64,000 nt of DNA from Vitrella brassicaformis CCMP3155 (GCA_001179505.1 CDMY01000562.1:269362-333361), one strand, 5' to 3'; counted from the stretch's first letter, positions 11,358 to 24,672 are shown. The notes: generated from the sequence alone by a model not told the origin. Translations and numbers: made by a program.

Positions 11358-13232
11358 TCATGGTTTCTCGGCCCAGCTGTCGCCGATGGCCCCGTCGGCC
11401 ACACACGGCACGTGCCTCAGGTATGAGTCGCCCGCCGCCTCCATCGTCGACACCAATATCCTCAAAGCCTGCACACAAATCACCAACCAACCACACTCAC
11501 TCGAGCAACACCCAATAGTCTCTCTGTCTGTCTGTGTATCTGATACAGACGGACCTCTTGTGCGTGTTGTTCGGGCACTTCCACGATGATTTCGTCATGG
11601 ACACAGAGCACCACGCGACCGCCGATGGGCTCGAGGAGGGGCGGCAGCCTGGCGAGGCTCTCCTTGGTGATGTCGGCAGACGTCCCCTGCACCGGGTAGT
11701 TGAGGCTCTTGGTGAACTGAAAGGTCGGGAACACCGCGCGACGGTTAGACCGAGTGCGCGTCTCCCGGTTGCGGGTGCTCTGAAAGGCAGACATTCAGAG
11801 AGGGGAATGAGGGGGTGGGTGAGAGGAGAGGAGAGGCGTGTGGTGGGGGCTGGATAGCTGAGTGTGTGTGGGTGACCTTGGATCGTTTGTGCCAGTTGGT
11901 GATGCCCTTGTAGTGGTCGAAGTAGGCCTTGTGGAACTTGCGCGCGTCAGCCTCGGTCATGGTGACGCCGTAGCCGCTCTCGGCGTAGTCCTTGAATCGG
12001 TGGGGCGACATGCCGTAGATGAGGCCGAAGTTGACCGCCTTGGCCAGCTGACGGTCCGGCTTCTGCACCTCGCTTATCGGCTTGCCTGTCACCAAGCTGG
12101 CCGTCAACTTGTGCAGATCCTCACCCTATATGTCACCACAGACACACACACACACACACAGAGTTCACAGAAGAGCCATTGTGTCTTTCTTGCGGCCGGA
12201 CGGACCTTGGCATAAGCCTCAATCATGGTTTGGTCCTCGGCAAGGTCAGCAGCGATGCGCAGCTCGATTTGCGAGAAGTCGGCAATGACGAACTTGTGGC
12301 CGGGCCTGGGGACGAAGCAGCTCCTGAAGCGAGGGTCCCGTGGGATCTGCTGCAGGTTGGGCGAGTCACACGAGAAGCGACCCGACTCGGCACCGTTCTG
12401 GTTGAAGTTGGGGTGGATGCGGCCTGAGGCACAAAGAGGGCGATTGGGGGCTGTGTGTGGGTGGGTGTGTGTGACAGACCTGTGCGCGGGTTGAGGAATT
12501 TGGTCAGCTTGTCGACGAACGCCTGGATGGCCTTGGACACCTTCCGGTAGTCACTGCTCAACAGAATCCAACCACACAGCCAAGACGCCACACACTCACA
12601 TACACACGTGAGATCCATCCAGCGAGAGTGTGTGTGTGTGTGTGTGTGGCTGAAGCCAAACACCCCACCGAAGAGCCTGTATGGCTGGGTACTGCTGCAG
12701 TTTGTTGAGCGTGAAGTCGTTAGTGTCCTGGATCTCCCCAGTGCCGTCAGGCCCCGGGATGCTCAGGTTCCGGAACACTTGCAGCAGCTGACCAACAACC
12801 ACAACGGACAGATGGATGGATGGATGGATGCGGGTGTGTGAGTGGGTACCTGTGGCTGTGAGTTGAAGTTGATGACGGTGTCGTTGTCGAGATGCATCGT
12901 CTCGCGCATCCTCGCCAGCACCTACACACACAAACCACATACAGACAGACAGACACCACACCCGCGTTAAGTCACCCAAGCGCATCCATCCGTCCATCCA
13001 TGGGTCGGCATGCGTGTGTGTGTGTGTGTGTGTCCTTACGTCTCGTTCCTTCTCCTTGAGTTCGTCGGCGAGCACCCGCCATTTGTCCTGGTCGAGCCCC
13101 AGGCCGTTGAGCTCCATGTCGGCCACCGCCAGCATGCACCGCATCTCGAGAGACGCCACCTGCACCAAATCGGCCTCCTGCAGCTTGTGCACCAACACGT
13201 GACGCAGAGGCAGCAACACACTCGCGTCGCTG

Positions 13233-13270
<38 letters not shown>

Positions 13271-16200
13271 TCAAGAGACTGAGGACCATTGGGTCTGTCT
13301 GTCTGTCAGTCTGTCTGGCCGACTTTTTTACCGTGCAGCGTAGAGGATTTGTTCCTCTGTGAGGAGGTCCGCTCCCCAGTCGGATCTCTGCTGTGTCTTG
13401 GAGAGGTAGATGCCCAGGTAGCGCTCGGCGAGATGGTCGAGCCTGAAGCCGATCTTGCCCTTGCCGGCCTCTAGCAGCTTGGACGCTATCATGGTGTCCA
13501 GCAGAGGCGTCGAGATGTTGTACCCTACCGTCTTGAAGAACTTGGCCTCGAACTTGCCGTTCTGGAAGACCTTTCTCACGTCGGGGGACGCCAGCATGTC
13601 CCGCACAGGCTGCATCGAGGGGCTGTCGAGGGGCACCTTGAAGGCGTCGATGACGACCACGGGGTGGCCCTCGACGGCCAGCTGGACCAGGCGGATCTTG
13701 CACTCGCTCAGCGGGTCCAGCCCGGTGGTCTCGATGTCCACGCCGACGAGGGAGGCGTTGGTGATGATGTGTGCGGCCTTGTCGAGGGCCGCCGGGCTCT
13801 GGATGTAGTAGTAGTGCGACATGAGGTCGTCGTGGAAGGGCTCGTCCTCGGGCGGACCGAACACCACCAGCTCCTCCGGGTCCACACTCAGGAAGGCTGA
13901 TGTGGTGTTCTGCTGTGCTTGGGGGCCGGCCTCATCGGCACTTTGGTCGATCGTGGGCAGTGGGTGCAGCTGTGTGCCACTCTTGCTGTAGCGCACCTTG
14001 AGAGCCGCAATGATGTCGCCCAACACGGCTGACTTCTTGCGGCCGCCGGACTTGATGTCGAGGCCCTCCTGATCGATGACGGCCCGCATGTCTTGCAGAC
14101 GGGAGGAGGGTGAGAGCGTCAGGGTGTAGCCAGGGATGGTGTGGGTGTCCGTGTGGTGTGGGTGGTCTTGGTCCTCCTTCTTGCCCCTCTTGTAGTGGTG
14201 GATGGTGGCGTGGGCGGACGAGCAGTCAGTGGCCGGTGCGGCGGGGAGCCCCAGGGCCTGGCGGATGTCGATGCAGACTTGCTGCTTGCTGCGGCCGCCC
14301 GTCTTGACGTCAAGGCCGTGCTCCTTGATGAGCACACGCAGCTCCGTCATCTTCATCGAAGACAGCTCCACCTCTGCACCCTCGAACTCATCTGCAATGC
14401 CATCATCACCCTGCCCCTGCTCATCTGCCGTGTCAATGGCGGGCGTCTGCTGTTGCTGCTCGTCGTACACCGTGGTCTCGATGGCCATGGGGGGCATCTC
14501 AGTGACATCCGTGGTCGTGTTTGCCTCGGCCGCCGTCTCCGCCGCTGTGGGGACGGCGAACTGTCGCTCGAGTGCATCCCTGTCGATGGCGATCTCGTCG
14601 GCATGCTTCTCGTCGTCCATCTCGGCGAACCGAATTCGGTCGACAGAGGTGTGTCCGCTTGTGGGCAGGTTGGGGTGGTGGTGGACATGCTGCCATGTGC
14701 TCTGCGACGGCTCCAGCAGCGCCGTGCTGGTGGGGTGCGACGGGCGAGACATCTCCAGCTGCCGATGGGGATGCTTGCGTGACACCTTCATCTGCAGGGT
14801 GTGGGAGGGCATGGCCGGTGCTGGCGACCAGAGGCCTCCCATGTCGTAGGAGCCGCTGCCTCCGTGCTGCTGTGCCCTCGGGACGGTGAGGTCCCGCCGC
14901 GAGCCGACGGAAGACGACGAAGAAGATGAAGATGAAGCGGTTGGTGTGCCGACGAGGCCGAGGCGGCTGCCACGGCCAAACGTCAGCAGAGAGGACGTCT
15001 GCGCGACACCCACTTGACTACCATCATCACTATCATCACTGTCACTGTCATCGGTGTCGGGGTCTTCGTCTTGTGTGACGGCCACTTGGGAAGGCGCGTC
15101 GGAGGGAGGGGGAGGGGGAGGGGCAGAGGAGGCCACCGTCTCGTCTTGGCCGCTCCCATCGTCAGCAGCCGTGGCCGGCCTGCGAGCGGCGGTCTTGGTG
15201 GCCTTGGTGGCCTTTGCTGCTGCTGGGGCTGCCTTCTTGCTGGCTGTGGCGGCCCTTTTTGCTGCTGCTGATGTGGTGGTGGATGCGGCCGTCTTGCGAC
15301 GGGAGGGCGCCTTGGTCGGGTGGACAGCCGCATCAACGGCCTGGGCTGGCACATGCTGCGCCCGCTGCTGCTGCTGCTGCTGCTGGTCACCCTCAGCTTC
15401 ATTGGCAGACTGCTGTTGCTGTTGCTGCATGGACCTGACGTTAGTCATCACGTCACGAGCAGGGCTGAAGGGCGGCGGACGCGCATGCCTGAAGAAACAA
15501 GTGGAGACATCCTGTCTGTCGGTGCCAGGAGGCTCTCATCTCAGTGGCCTACCCACTGCCGCCAGGTGTCATGGATTGCAGGCGAGCGAGCTGGTCGTGG
15601 TGTGCGGCCATGGATGGGCGGCCTTTGGCGGCCGCCTGCACCGCCCGCAGCTCCTCGGGCGACGGCCGCCACGACTCCTTGTTCTGCACATCCAGCTGCT
15701 GAATCGTCAGCGACTCCTTGTCGAACACGTAGCTTACTCGACCCAACTCACCTGTGTGAATGTTTTTAACGGACACATACACACACACACACACACACAC
15801 ATGGTTCATAGTGGGTGCGCATCGCATCGCATTCCGCTGGCTGCGTGACGCTGACCGGCGAATCGGTTCTTTTTGATGTCGACGTAGGGCGCGCTGTTGC
15901 TGGGCCTTTGGAGGATGCACACGTTGTCGGCCTCCTGCGTGCACTTGACGGACCCAAACACACTCGCTATGCCCAGCAGCGTCCCGTCGTCCTGCATCGC
16001 AATGATTGCAACCAAATGCAATCATTGTCCCCAGTCCCCCCCCCCCCCCCCNNNNNNNNNNNNNNNNNNNNNNNNNNNNNNNNNNNNNNNNNNNNNNNNN
16101 NNNNNNNNNNNNNNNNNNNNNNNNNNNNNNNNNNNNNNNNNNNNNNNNNNNNNNNNNNNNNNNNNNNNNNNNNNNNNNNNNNNNNNNNNNNNNNNNNNNN

Positions 16201-19167
16201 NNNNNNNNNNNNNNNNNNNNNNNNNNNNNNNNNNNNNNNNNNNNNNNNNNNNNNNNNNNNNNNNNNNNNNNNNNNNNNNNNNNNNNNNNNNNNNNNNNNN
16301 NNNNNNNNNNNNNNNNNNNNNNNNNNNNNNNNNNNNNNNNNNNNNNNNNNNCCCCCCCCCCCCCCCCAACACACACACACACGGATGGATGGATGACCCA
16401 CCTCTTTCCTGGGATGGACGACGAGAGAGATGTGGACATTTTTGGTTGTGGCGAATCGTCTGAATTTCTCGATGGCTGTGTTTTGGAGGTCCCATCCCTC
16501 GTTGCCCTTGGCCTGGCCGCTGAGCATGAACTGCAGGTTGTCCAACACGATGTGCTTGACGTCCAACACGTATACGGCATAGTCCATCGCGTCCAGCACC
16601 TGATCAATTGGATTGATGCATGCCGGGTGGCATGAGATTGGAGGGGTGGACGGCTCGTTGGCTGACCTGGTCGACGTCAGTGGAGCCATGGAAGCGCAGG
16701 AAGTAGATGGGGAGGCTGCTGAACCGGTTGGCGAAGTAGTCGAAGCGGTCGGGCTGGTGCTCCAGATTGCACCCAGAAAACTGACGCATCATCATCTTGG
16801 CCAACCTGCACACAACACAACACAAAACACCGTATCGTCGTCTCTCTTGTCCGTCTCTCTCTCTTCGCGTGTGTCGTGTCCTATGGGTCCTCCCTCAGTG
16901 CAGTGACCTGAGGTTGTTGATTTCGAATGACCCCCAGAGGGTCGGGACGCCCTGCAGGCAGTAGTCGAGCGACAGCTGGCTGAGCAGGGTGGTCTTGCCG
17001 ATCCCCGTTCCGCCCGTCCATATGCTCAACTCCCCAGGACGGTGCCCCTTGAGCAGCCGATTCAGACCAGGAACCGTCAGGCTCTGCACCCCGTTGACGC
17101 GCCCGGGGTCACGGAGCTCGTCCAACACTTCGCCCCGCAGCTGGCCGAAGTTGAGGATCTGCGAGTGGGGCATCGGACGCGCCACGTCGATCATCTTCCT
17201 CAGGTCATACCTGCACAACAAAGCACAGCACAGCACAACAGCACAACAGCACACAAAGATGAGGTGCGTCAGCCAATGCATTACGTAATGGCTGAGGGTG
17301 GGGCTGTTGTTGCCGCGCATACGCATCAAACGTACCCCTTGATGAGCGCTTCGTTGGCGTCTTTGGGCGGTCTCCTGAGTGCCTCGGTGTCGTCACCAGT
17401 GTCGATGTTGGCGGGGATGTTGCCCGGGCCAGGGTCCTTGACCAGGAAGGTCCGCCCTATCCCCAGCTTGTGCGAAAAGTGCTCCGCGCCCTCCTGCCCG
17501 GGGCCATCGGCATCCATCCACTGATTGATCGACAACAAGCAGCAAGTAAGGAAACACACCCAAACAGCCGATGAGCGACGCGACCCGATGCTCTCCCGCC
17601 CCAATTCACACACTCACTGTGTTGGCTGGCTGACATGCCTGATTTACCAGATAGATGTGTTTGAATCGTTCGAAGAAGGGCAGCAGGGCGACGGGCAGCG
17701 ACCTGGCCCCATTGGGGAGGGAGACGGCGGGGAGCCCGGTGGCCTGGTGGACCGCCATGGCGTCGAACTCGCCCTCGGTGAGGACGATGGAGTCGGCCGT
17801 GTCTGGGATGGTGTGCTCGCCGAAGAGGCCCCACACGCCGCCCTTGGGCTCCAGACGCATGCACGACTTGTCCGACATCGATCGCACCTTGTACCTGGAT
17901 GGACACAGACAGAGGGAGGGCGGGCGGGCGTCTGTTGTGCCCGTCACGGGCCCACCCACGGTCCTCCCACTCGCAGCTACCTGAGGGTGATTTGATGTCC
18001 GTCTTCCACTGTGATCCAGGGGAAGGTCACGCACTCGTGAGTGACGAAGTCGTTCTCATTGTCCTTGGACCGGAACGTGAAGACGCCGGCGCCCACATGG
18101 TACTTGTCCAGCTGACGCCCCCAACCACCCCCACCGACACACAGGCCACGCGAGCGACACATAAGTAAACGGACTGGTGCGTATCCGTGTGTCACTCACT
18201 CACTCACTCAACTCACCACTTCCTTGGTGAGGCCCCGCTCCTTCTGGAGCCGCTCGAGCATCCCCGGGCACACTCTGTCCTCCATCAGCGCTGATGCAAA
18301 CCCCGTCACATTCCCCTGCACACACACACACAAGCACAGCACAGCAAGTGTGTCATCCACCCACTCACACGCCCACGCGCCCACCGACCCACCTGATCAG
18401 GCAGTATGGCAGCGGCATCCCCGATATCCCCCCTATTCAGCACCGCCGCAGCCTGCTGGTCCGGGTTGAGACTCATGAGCACATCTGTCGGCAGGTCGCC
18501 CAGGGCCCGCTTGAGGTCATAGAAGCTGCCCTTGAAGCCGCACCGGTGGCAGAAGCAGTTGCCGTTGTCGCGAAAGACCTCGAGCTTGAAGAGGTTGTCG
18601 GGCTTGTTCCTGTGTGGGGGGCACTTGGGGCAGTACTTGAGGGTGAACCGCTGGGGGCTTGTGTGGTACTCGAGGGCCTTGCGGGTGAGGTAGTCGGACA
18701 CCTCGTGCGGCGGGATGCGGTAGTGGCTCGACACGAACGTCGTGCTGGTCGTCCCCGCACCCTGAACCAGTCAACGGACGGATAGATGGAATGAATGGAC
18801 ACAACGAAACAGACAGACAGACAGATGAATGACCCTCGTATGAGTGAGTTGCCTGCCTGCCTGCCTGCCTCGGCTCACGTATGTCGCCTACGTCATCATC
18901 TGTGGCCTTGGTGGCGGGCGGGTTGTCCAGCACGTGTGGCGGGTACTTGACCTGCTTGGCATGCGGCGCAGACCTCGCCGTCCTCTGTCTTCGCCGCATC
19001 CATGACGGCCTGAACGCGCCATCCGGTTGCTGCAGATGTCCGTGGGGGGGTGCAGGGGGCCGGAGGAAGGCTGGATCTTGCCACAGAGAAGTGAATGCAG
19101 CGTCGTTCGGCAGCTGTGAGCCGCACACTGACGAGATCAGTGCGAGCAGAATCAACAGATCAGCCAT
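11358..19167 (-). CDS. PREX: Plastid DNA replication enzyme: Twinkle-like primase/helicase fused to a family A DNA polymerase with 3'-5' exonuclease (PREX/POM1)
   Basis: Signal peptide MADLLILLALISSVCG plus a Ser/Arg/Pro-rich transit region. Zinc-binding domain CPKC...CHRC; TOPRIM LTEGEFDAMAV...WMDAD; SF4 helicase Walker A GGTGIGKTT, LDNLQF, VVHPRKE, QEADNV, KNRF. Exonuclease VGVDIETTG, QNGKFE, DTMIAS, YAA. PolA motifs A (IADFSQIELR), B (RQLAKAVNFGLIYG) and C (VHDEI). Last exon ...GDSWAEKP-stop, TGA at 11360-11358. Confidence 0.96.
16052..16351. other. Assembly gap (300 N) inside a PREX intron
   Basis: Flanked by poly-C. The exons on either side join as HPRKE|DDGTLLGIASVFGSVKCTQEADNV, which is contiguous in Twinkle-type helicases, so no coding exon appears to be lost. 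Confidence 0.95.
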
Positions 19168-19445
19168 CTGTCAACTCGGAAGTATCCTCGGCGCCACCGT
19201 GTCATCGTGGTCCGGTGGAGTCGCCGTCACGGTTACCATTCCTCGCTGCTCTGATCTCTTTCTCATGTTGAGCTCGCATCCCGCTTCGGGCTCCCTGAAA
19301 CCGCTGCTCCTTTGGGCTCTGCTCTGTGTAAAACACAACACGGAAGGAGCATTCCGGAGCTCCAAGGCTTCCAGCGCTGCGTGCATTCGTCCCAACCATT
19401 CCTTTGCCCGGTGCGCCACTGCTGCTGGCTGCGTTAGTGCCCTTG

Positions 19446-20045
19446 ATGGCCAAGTGGTTGGAGGAAGGCCTGGAGGGGATGAAGGCGGCATTGGACCAGG
19501 CGCAGTGGATGGGCCGTTTGTCGTCTGACGGCCACCCGTCGCCCCTCAAGCAGGCCTACCTCAACCTGCGTGAAGAGGTGCCGTACCTCGACGTCGGGTG
19601 TGTGGTGGCCCTGCTGCTGCTGCTCTACTTGCTCTGGAGGCTCATGCTCAACGCATACAAGCAACGCCGTAAGCTGGGCGATGCGACAAAGTGGGAGATG
19701 GGGTGCGAATGTGTGTGTGGGTGTGGTGTTGTGTGGTGTGGTGTGGCATCTTCTGTCATGTAGAGCCGATGGTGATCAACATGTGCTCAGCGGAGGAGTA
19801 CGAGAGGCTGGGGAGGGAGTACACCATGAGGCAGGTCGCCCAACTCATGAAGTCGAAAGGTGTGGACGTCAAGTGACCTGACCGACAAACACGCAATGAG
19901 TGTGTGTGCCATGATTGTGTCCATATGTGTGTGTGTGTGTGTGTGTGTTGCAGAGTACCAGGAGCACATGGCACGGCGCGGCACGGATCCTGCGGGCTTC
20001 AACTGGCAGAAGCGGGCTGCATCGGGCGGCGCGTATGTCGAGTGA
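19446..20045 (+). CDS. Small (~137 aa) single-transmembrane hypothetical protein, 3 exons
   Basis: Phase-compatible GT-AG exons: MAKWLEEG...VVALLLLLYLLWRLMLNAYKQR|QPMVINMCSAEEYERLGREYTMRQVAQLMKSK|EYQEHMARRG...GAYVE-stop. Confidence 0.7.
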
Positions 20046-21129
20046 ACGACACCGCTCCCCATCGCCACGGCATGCCATCCCCCGGCAAGCCACCCCACTC
20101 GCCTGCTTGAAGGGCTAAGATAGATAGAATCGATGGCTGACTGACTGATTGATTGATTGATGTGTATAGCTAGGTAGATACTTACACACAAATGCGTGTC
20201 GATGGGTGGATGGACGGGATAGGGAGGGGGAGGGGGCACTCGCTGCCTGTCTGCCTGCCTACCTGCCTGCCCTCCAAGCTGCCTGCACATCTGCCTGACA
20301 GCTACTCCCCTGCCTCTCTCTCTCTCTCTCTGTGTGTGTGTATTTGTTTCTTTCTCCCCCGTGCGGTGCGTTTCTCTCAATGTGTTCTGCTGCTGCTGCG
20401 AGTTGAGCTCCCCTCTTGCGCGTCAATCGCCTGTGCGGTTCGCGATGAGGTGCGTGGTAGTCATTCGCTCACTCGCTCTCTCTCTCTCTCCCTCCCTCTC
20501 TCTGTGTCATCCATCCCCCTGGATGGCCGTCTGCTTTTATTTAAGCACTCACTAATGGATGGCATGGCTGCGATCCGATCATGTGTGTGTGTGCTGTGGA
20601 TGGGCGTGTGGGTTGGCGTCTTGTGCGTGTACCATAGAGATAAAGACAGGAGGGAGGGAGGAAGGCAACGGATGTTTTTGCCTCAGGCATGCCTGTCTGT
20701 CTGTCTGCATGGCGACAGACACGACAGGACACACCATATGTTTCGCGAGTTGGTGAGTGAGCGAGTGGTGCATTTGGAACTGACACAAATGCATGCATGC
20801 ACGGCTGGATGGATGGATGGATGGAGACATAAACATACGTACAAATGCACGGCACGGATGAAGACGCATTGATATCAATTATTGCAATGACAACGACGTT
20901 ATTTAATTCATTCTCCCTCGCTCCCTCCCTCCCTCCCTCCCTCCACCATCGTATCGTCAGTCACATCTATCTGCCCACGCACCATCCCTCCCCACCGACC
21001 ATCCCTCCCCACCGACCATCCCTCCCTCATCACACCCTCAAGTACGCAAGTCCTCTCTCTCTCAAACCAACCAACCAAAGCATCTCTCAAACACCACACC
21101 ACACCACACCACACGACACACCGACACAC

Positions 21130-21392
21130 CTATGCCGTCTCTGTCTTATCTCTTGGTGGTGGTGACGATGGTATCTCCCCACCGCCACCGGCCGCTCTGT
21201 CCTGCCCCTCCTCACCACCCAGGGAGGCGCCCCTGTCGCCCTCTTGTGTCAAAGGTGGAGGGTTTGGGTTTTCCCTGGTCACCGCCAAGACCCTGTACCT
21301 ACCGCACGCCACGTCGTGCACCAGCTGCCCACCGAACAGCTCGTTGGGCACCAACACGGGCTCAATCGTCTCTTTGGGATTCTGATGGATGG

Positions 21393-21423
<31 letters not shown>

Positions 21424-24310
21424 CGAGAGGCGGCGGATGGATGGACGGATGTGAGATGTGTGTGGGGGGTGTTGGGGGGGGGGGTGTTGCGTACGTCTCT
21501 TCCGAGGCATCCCGAGCTTGGTTTGCCCCAAGAGTAGAGCTCGCCCTCCTCTGTGACGGCCATGGCGTAGTTGATGCCCGCGTCAACCTTGAACACATGA
21601 CCCTTGATCGGAGCCTGCACACACACACAACCACAACACACACACACACGGGGCTGTCTGTCTGTGTGCCGTCCGTCTTGTGTGTCTGTCTTCTCCTTAG
21701 TGTGTCAGTCACGTTAGCGTATTGCGGGTTGAGTGTGATGGGTTTGGGCTCCAGCCACACCGACCTGCCCCAAAAGTATATCACGCCACTCGCTGACACG
21801 ACACACATGTACAACAAACAACACAACCACACACACGACACAAGACACAAGACACAAGACATCACACAGAAGCCTCCCGCCGTGCAGCTGTGCCGTGAGT
21901 GTCATTGCTCGCTTCGTTCCTCCCGGGTTTGGTTTGCAAGTCCAGTACGTTACCTGAGACTGAGACACAGAAGTCATCCCCCGCCTCCACATCAGCCATC
22001 TGCATGCATCAAGGCGGGCGAGGCGACATGTTGGGGTCTGTCTGTCTGTCTGTGATGGACATGACAGACGCGATGCGTGCCTGTATGCCCTCGAGGACGA
22101 GACTCCTGAGGTGCCTCGGGTACATCTCACACGAGTATATGTCACCAGTCTGAACGATCAATGAAATCAATGACATCAGCAGCCAGCCGTTCCGACCAGG
22201 TCAAGCCACTCACACTTTCTTGCCCTGTGTGTGCCTCTGGCTGGCTGGCTGCCTCTGTGCCCCCCCCCCCCCCCCCCCNNNNNNNNNNNNNNNNNNNNNN
22301 NNNNNNNNNNNNNNNNNNNNNNNNNNNNNNNNNNNNNNNNNNNNNNNNNNNNNNNNNNNNNNNNNNNNNNNNNNNNNNNNNNNNNNNNNNNNNNNNNNNN
22401 NNNNNNNNNNNNNNNNNNNNNNNNNNNNNNNNNNNNNNNNNNNNNNNNNNNNNNNNNNNNNNNNNNNNNNNNNNNNNNNNNNNNNNNNNNNNNNNNNNNN
22501 NNNNNNNNNNNNNNNNNNNNNNNNNNNNNNNNNNNNNNNNNNNNNNNNNNNNNNNNNNNNNNNNNNNNNNNNNNNNNNCCCCCCCCCCCCCCTCACTGAC
22601 CCCGTCGCTTGTCCCGAGCTGCCCCCTGTCGTTGCGGCCCCACACATACAGCTCGCCGGTCTCTAAAGAAACAGACAAACACAACACAACACATCCAAAC
22701 AAAACCTTACTGCGAATGTTGGCCACAGATCAGCCAGCTGGCCGGCCGGCCGTCCGGCTGAGAGGCTCGTCTGTCTCACTCCCTCCCTCACCCACTCACT
22801 TGTGAGTGCGATGGAGTGGTTGGTGCCGGTGGTGAGCTTCAGGATCTCGGGCCTCATGAACAGAGTGCTGAAGTACTCGACCTCCTGCGTCCGTCCATCC
22901 ATCCATCCATCTGTCCATCTGTGTGTGCGTATTACGAGTGGCGTGGCACACACAGATGCGCACCTCGAACTCGAGCTGGTCCGAGTTGTGTCCTCTCCCC
23001 AGTCGGCCGAACTCGCCCTTGCCGCAGCCGTACACCGTGTTGCTCGCTGACGAACGAGCGCACCAAGGAAAGGACACCGCCCAAGGCATTCACGTGCTGA
23101 TCTGATCTGATCGGTCATCGCTGACTGACTGACCCACATGCCTACCTACCTGTGAGTGCAAGGGTCTGCTGATACCCGCAGGTCACGTACTTGACGGGGT
23201 CATCTATCTCGATGAACTGACACCACACCACACCACACCGCCCACGGCACAGCACAACACAACAGAGGCAGGTCCTTTGATTGCAATGCTCACATCAATC
23301 ATATCAGCCCGCCCCGCCCCGCCCCGCCCCGCCCATCCAGGCATCCAGGCACGTGCCTACCTTGCTGACTTCTGTGGGTGTCTCCCTGGTTTTCCTGTCG
23401 CCGTGCCCCAGCCCGTTGCACCCGCTGAAGAAACTGCCACCCCAGCCCCAAGTGAACAAACGACCGTCAGCTGATCGATCAACCAACCACGGCACGGCAC
23501 GGCAACGAACGAGTCATGATCCACACACACACATATACACATACAGCGGCTTCTTTGTTTCTGCCTGCCTGTCTGTCTGTCTGTCTGGATCTGTGACCGA
23601 CCTGCCCTTCCCGCCGACCTACCTGTGAGTGCTGCGGTATGGAAAGCCCCACACGCCAGCTGGACGATAGGCGAAGCCACTGAGATACACACATGTTGAT
23701 TGCAAGAAATGAGTGAGCCATCCGTTGTCTTGTCCTTGTGTTTGTGTGTGTGTGTGTGCGTGTCTGTGTGTCTGTGTGACCGTCTAACTCGACGAGTCCC
23801 GGCTCGTTGTCCTCGTCGGCTTTGGGCCCCCTGGACGGCCTGCCCAGCTGACGATACTTGTTGGCGCCATACGTGTACAGCTTCCCGCTGTCTGCAAACA
23901 GATATAGCACAGTCACAGTCACAGCCACACACGGTCAGTCACCACTGCGATGATTCATTGATCCGCGCCATTCTCTCTGTCTGCCTGCCTGTGTGTCTGG
24001 CTGGCTGTTGGCACGTCTGTGACGTACCGACGAAGGCGGCATGTTCAGATCCCACAGCAATGACGGTAGTGTCGTTGAAGCCCTCTATCCTGGAAGGCGT
24101 CTTGGACGCCTCGGACGTGCTGTTGCCCAGAAACGACGAGTGGCCCGTGCAGCCCCACCGCCACAAGGTCGTCGCGCCCGGACCTCCTGCAGACTGAGGT
24201 GACGATGCTGCTGCTGTCGATGTCGCTGGAGATGATGAGAAGCACCTGCTCGAGGTGCGTGCGGCTGCCAGGGCAGCGCCTCTTCGTCCCACAGTTATCA
24301 GCAGTGCCAT
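21130..24310 (-). CDS. RCC1-repeat beta-propeller protein with a mitochondrial-type presequence (RCC1L/WBSCR16-like)
   Basis: Multiple RCC1 repeats (VGSEHAAFV..SGKLYTYG, LACGAFHTAALT.DGRLFTWG, TTGTNHSIALT.TGELYVWGRNDRGQLG, VDAGINYAMAVTEEGELYSWG, VACGRYRVLAV). The N-terminus MALLITVGRRGAALAAARTSSRCFSS is Arg/Ala/Ser-rich and lacks acidic residues. Confidence 0.88.
22279..22578. other. Assembly gap (300 N) inside an RCC1-gene intron
   Basis: Exactly 300 N flanked by poly-C. Confidence 0.95.
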
Positions 24311-24538
24311 TTTGCTCCAGATCAGCGCGAGCTCAAAAATTCTTCGGCGATCCCAGGGTCTGCCGACTTCTGTTGCGGTTCTTGGCCCGCTCTCCCTGAC
24401 GAGGCGTTTTGGTGGACAGGTACTGTAGGGATCTGGTGCGAAATAGGAAGATCCATGTGTCAGGGGAGTTCGAGTTGATCAGTCGACAATCCCGTTTCTG
24501 ATCTGAGGCCGACCAACCAGCGCTTCCTAAGCATAGCT

Positions 24539-24638
24539 ATGGAGGAGTATGTGAGGGTGCCGAGGACTTTAGAGGAGAAGCAGAAGGGCCAACGCATCGT
24601 CGTCCTGCTCGAGAAGGCGTGAGTGAGGGCAGCACACA

Positions 24639-24672
<34 letters not shown>

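Noticed and set aside
13328-15848. Long plus-strand ORFs antisense to the PREX linker, and similar ones antisense to the ATPase, LPAT and RING genes
   Set aside because: Antisense shadows expected from GC-rich codon usage in real minus-strand exons.
11358-19167. Primase-helicase-polymerase fusion as a phage, prophage or novel replicon
   Set aside because: It is intron-rich, has a signal and transit leader, and matches the known nuclear-encoded plastid replicase PREX; only the linker repeats are potentially new.
19787-21165. Many ORFs rich in VCVC, THTH, RQTD, GWMD and SVCL
   Set aside because: These are translations of (GT)n, (CA)n, (ACAG)n and (GATG)n microsatellites in a convergent intergenic region; the same applies to such ORFs across the window.
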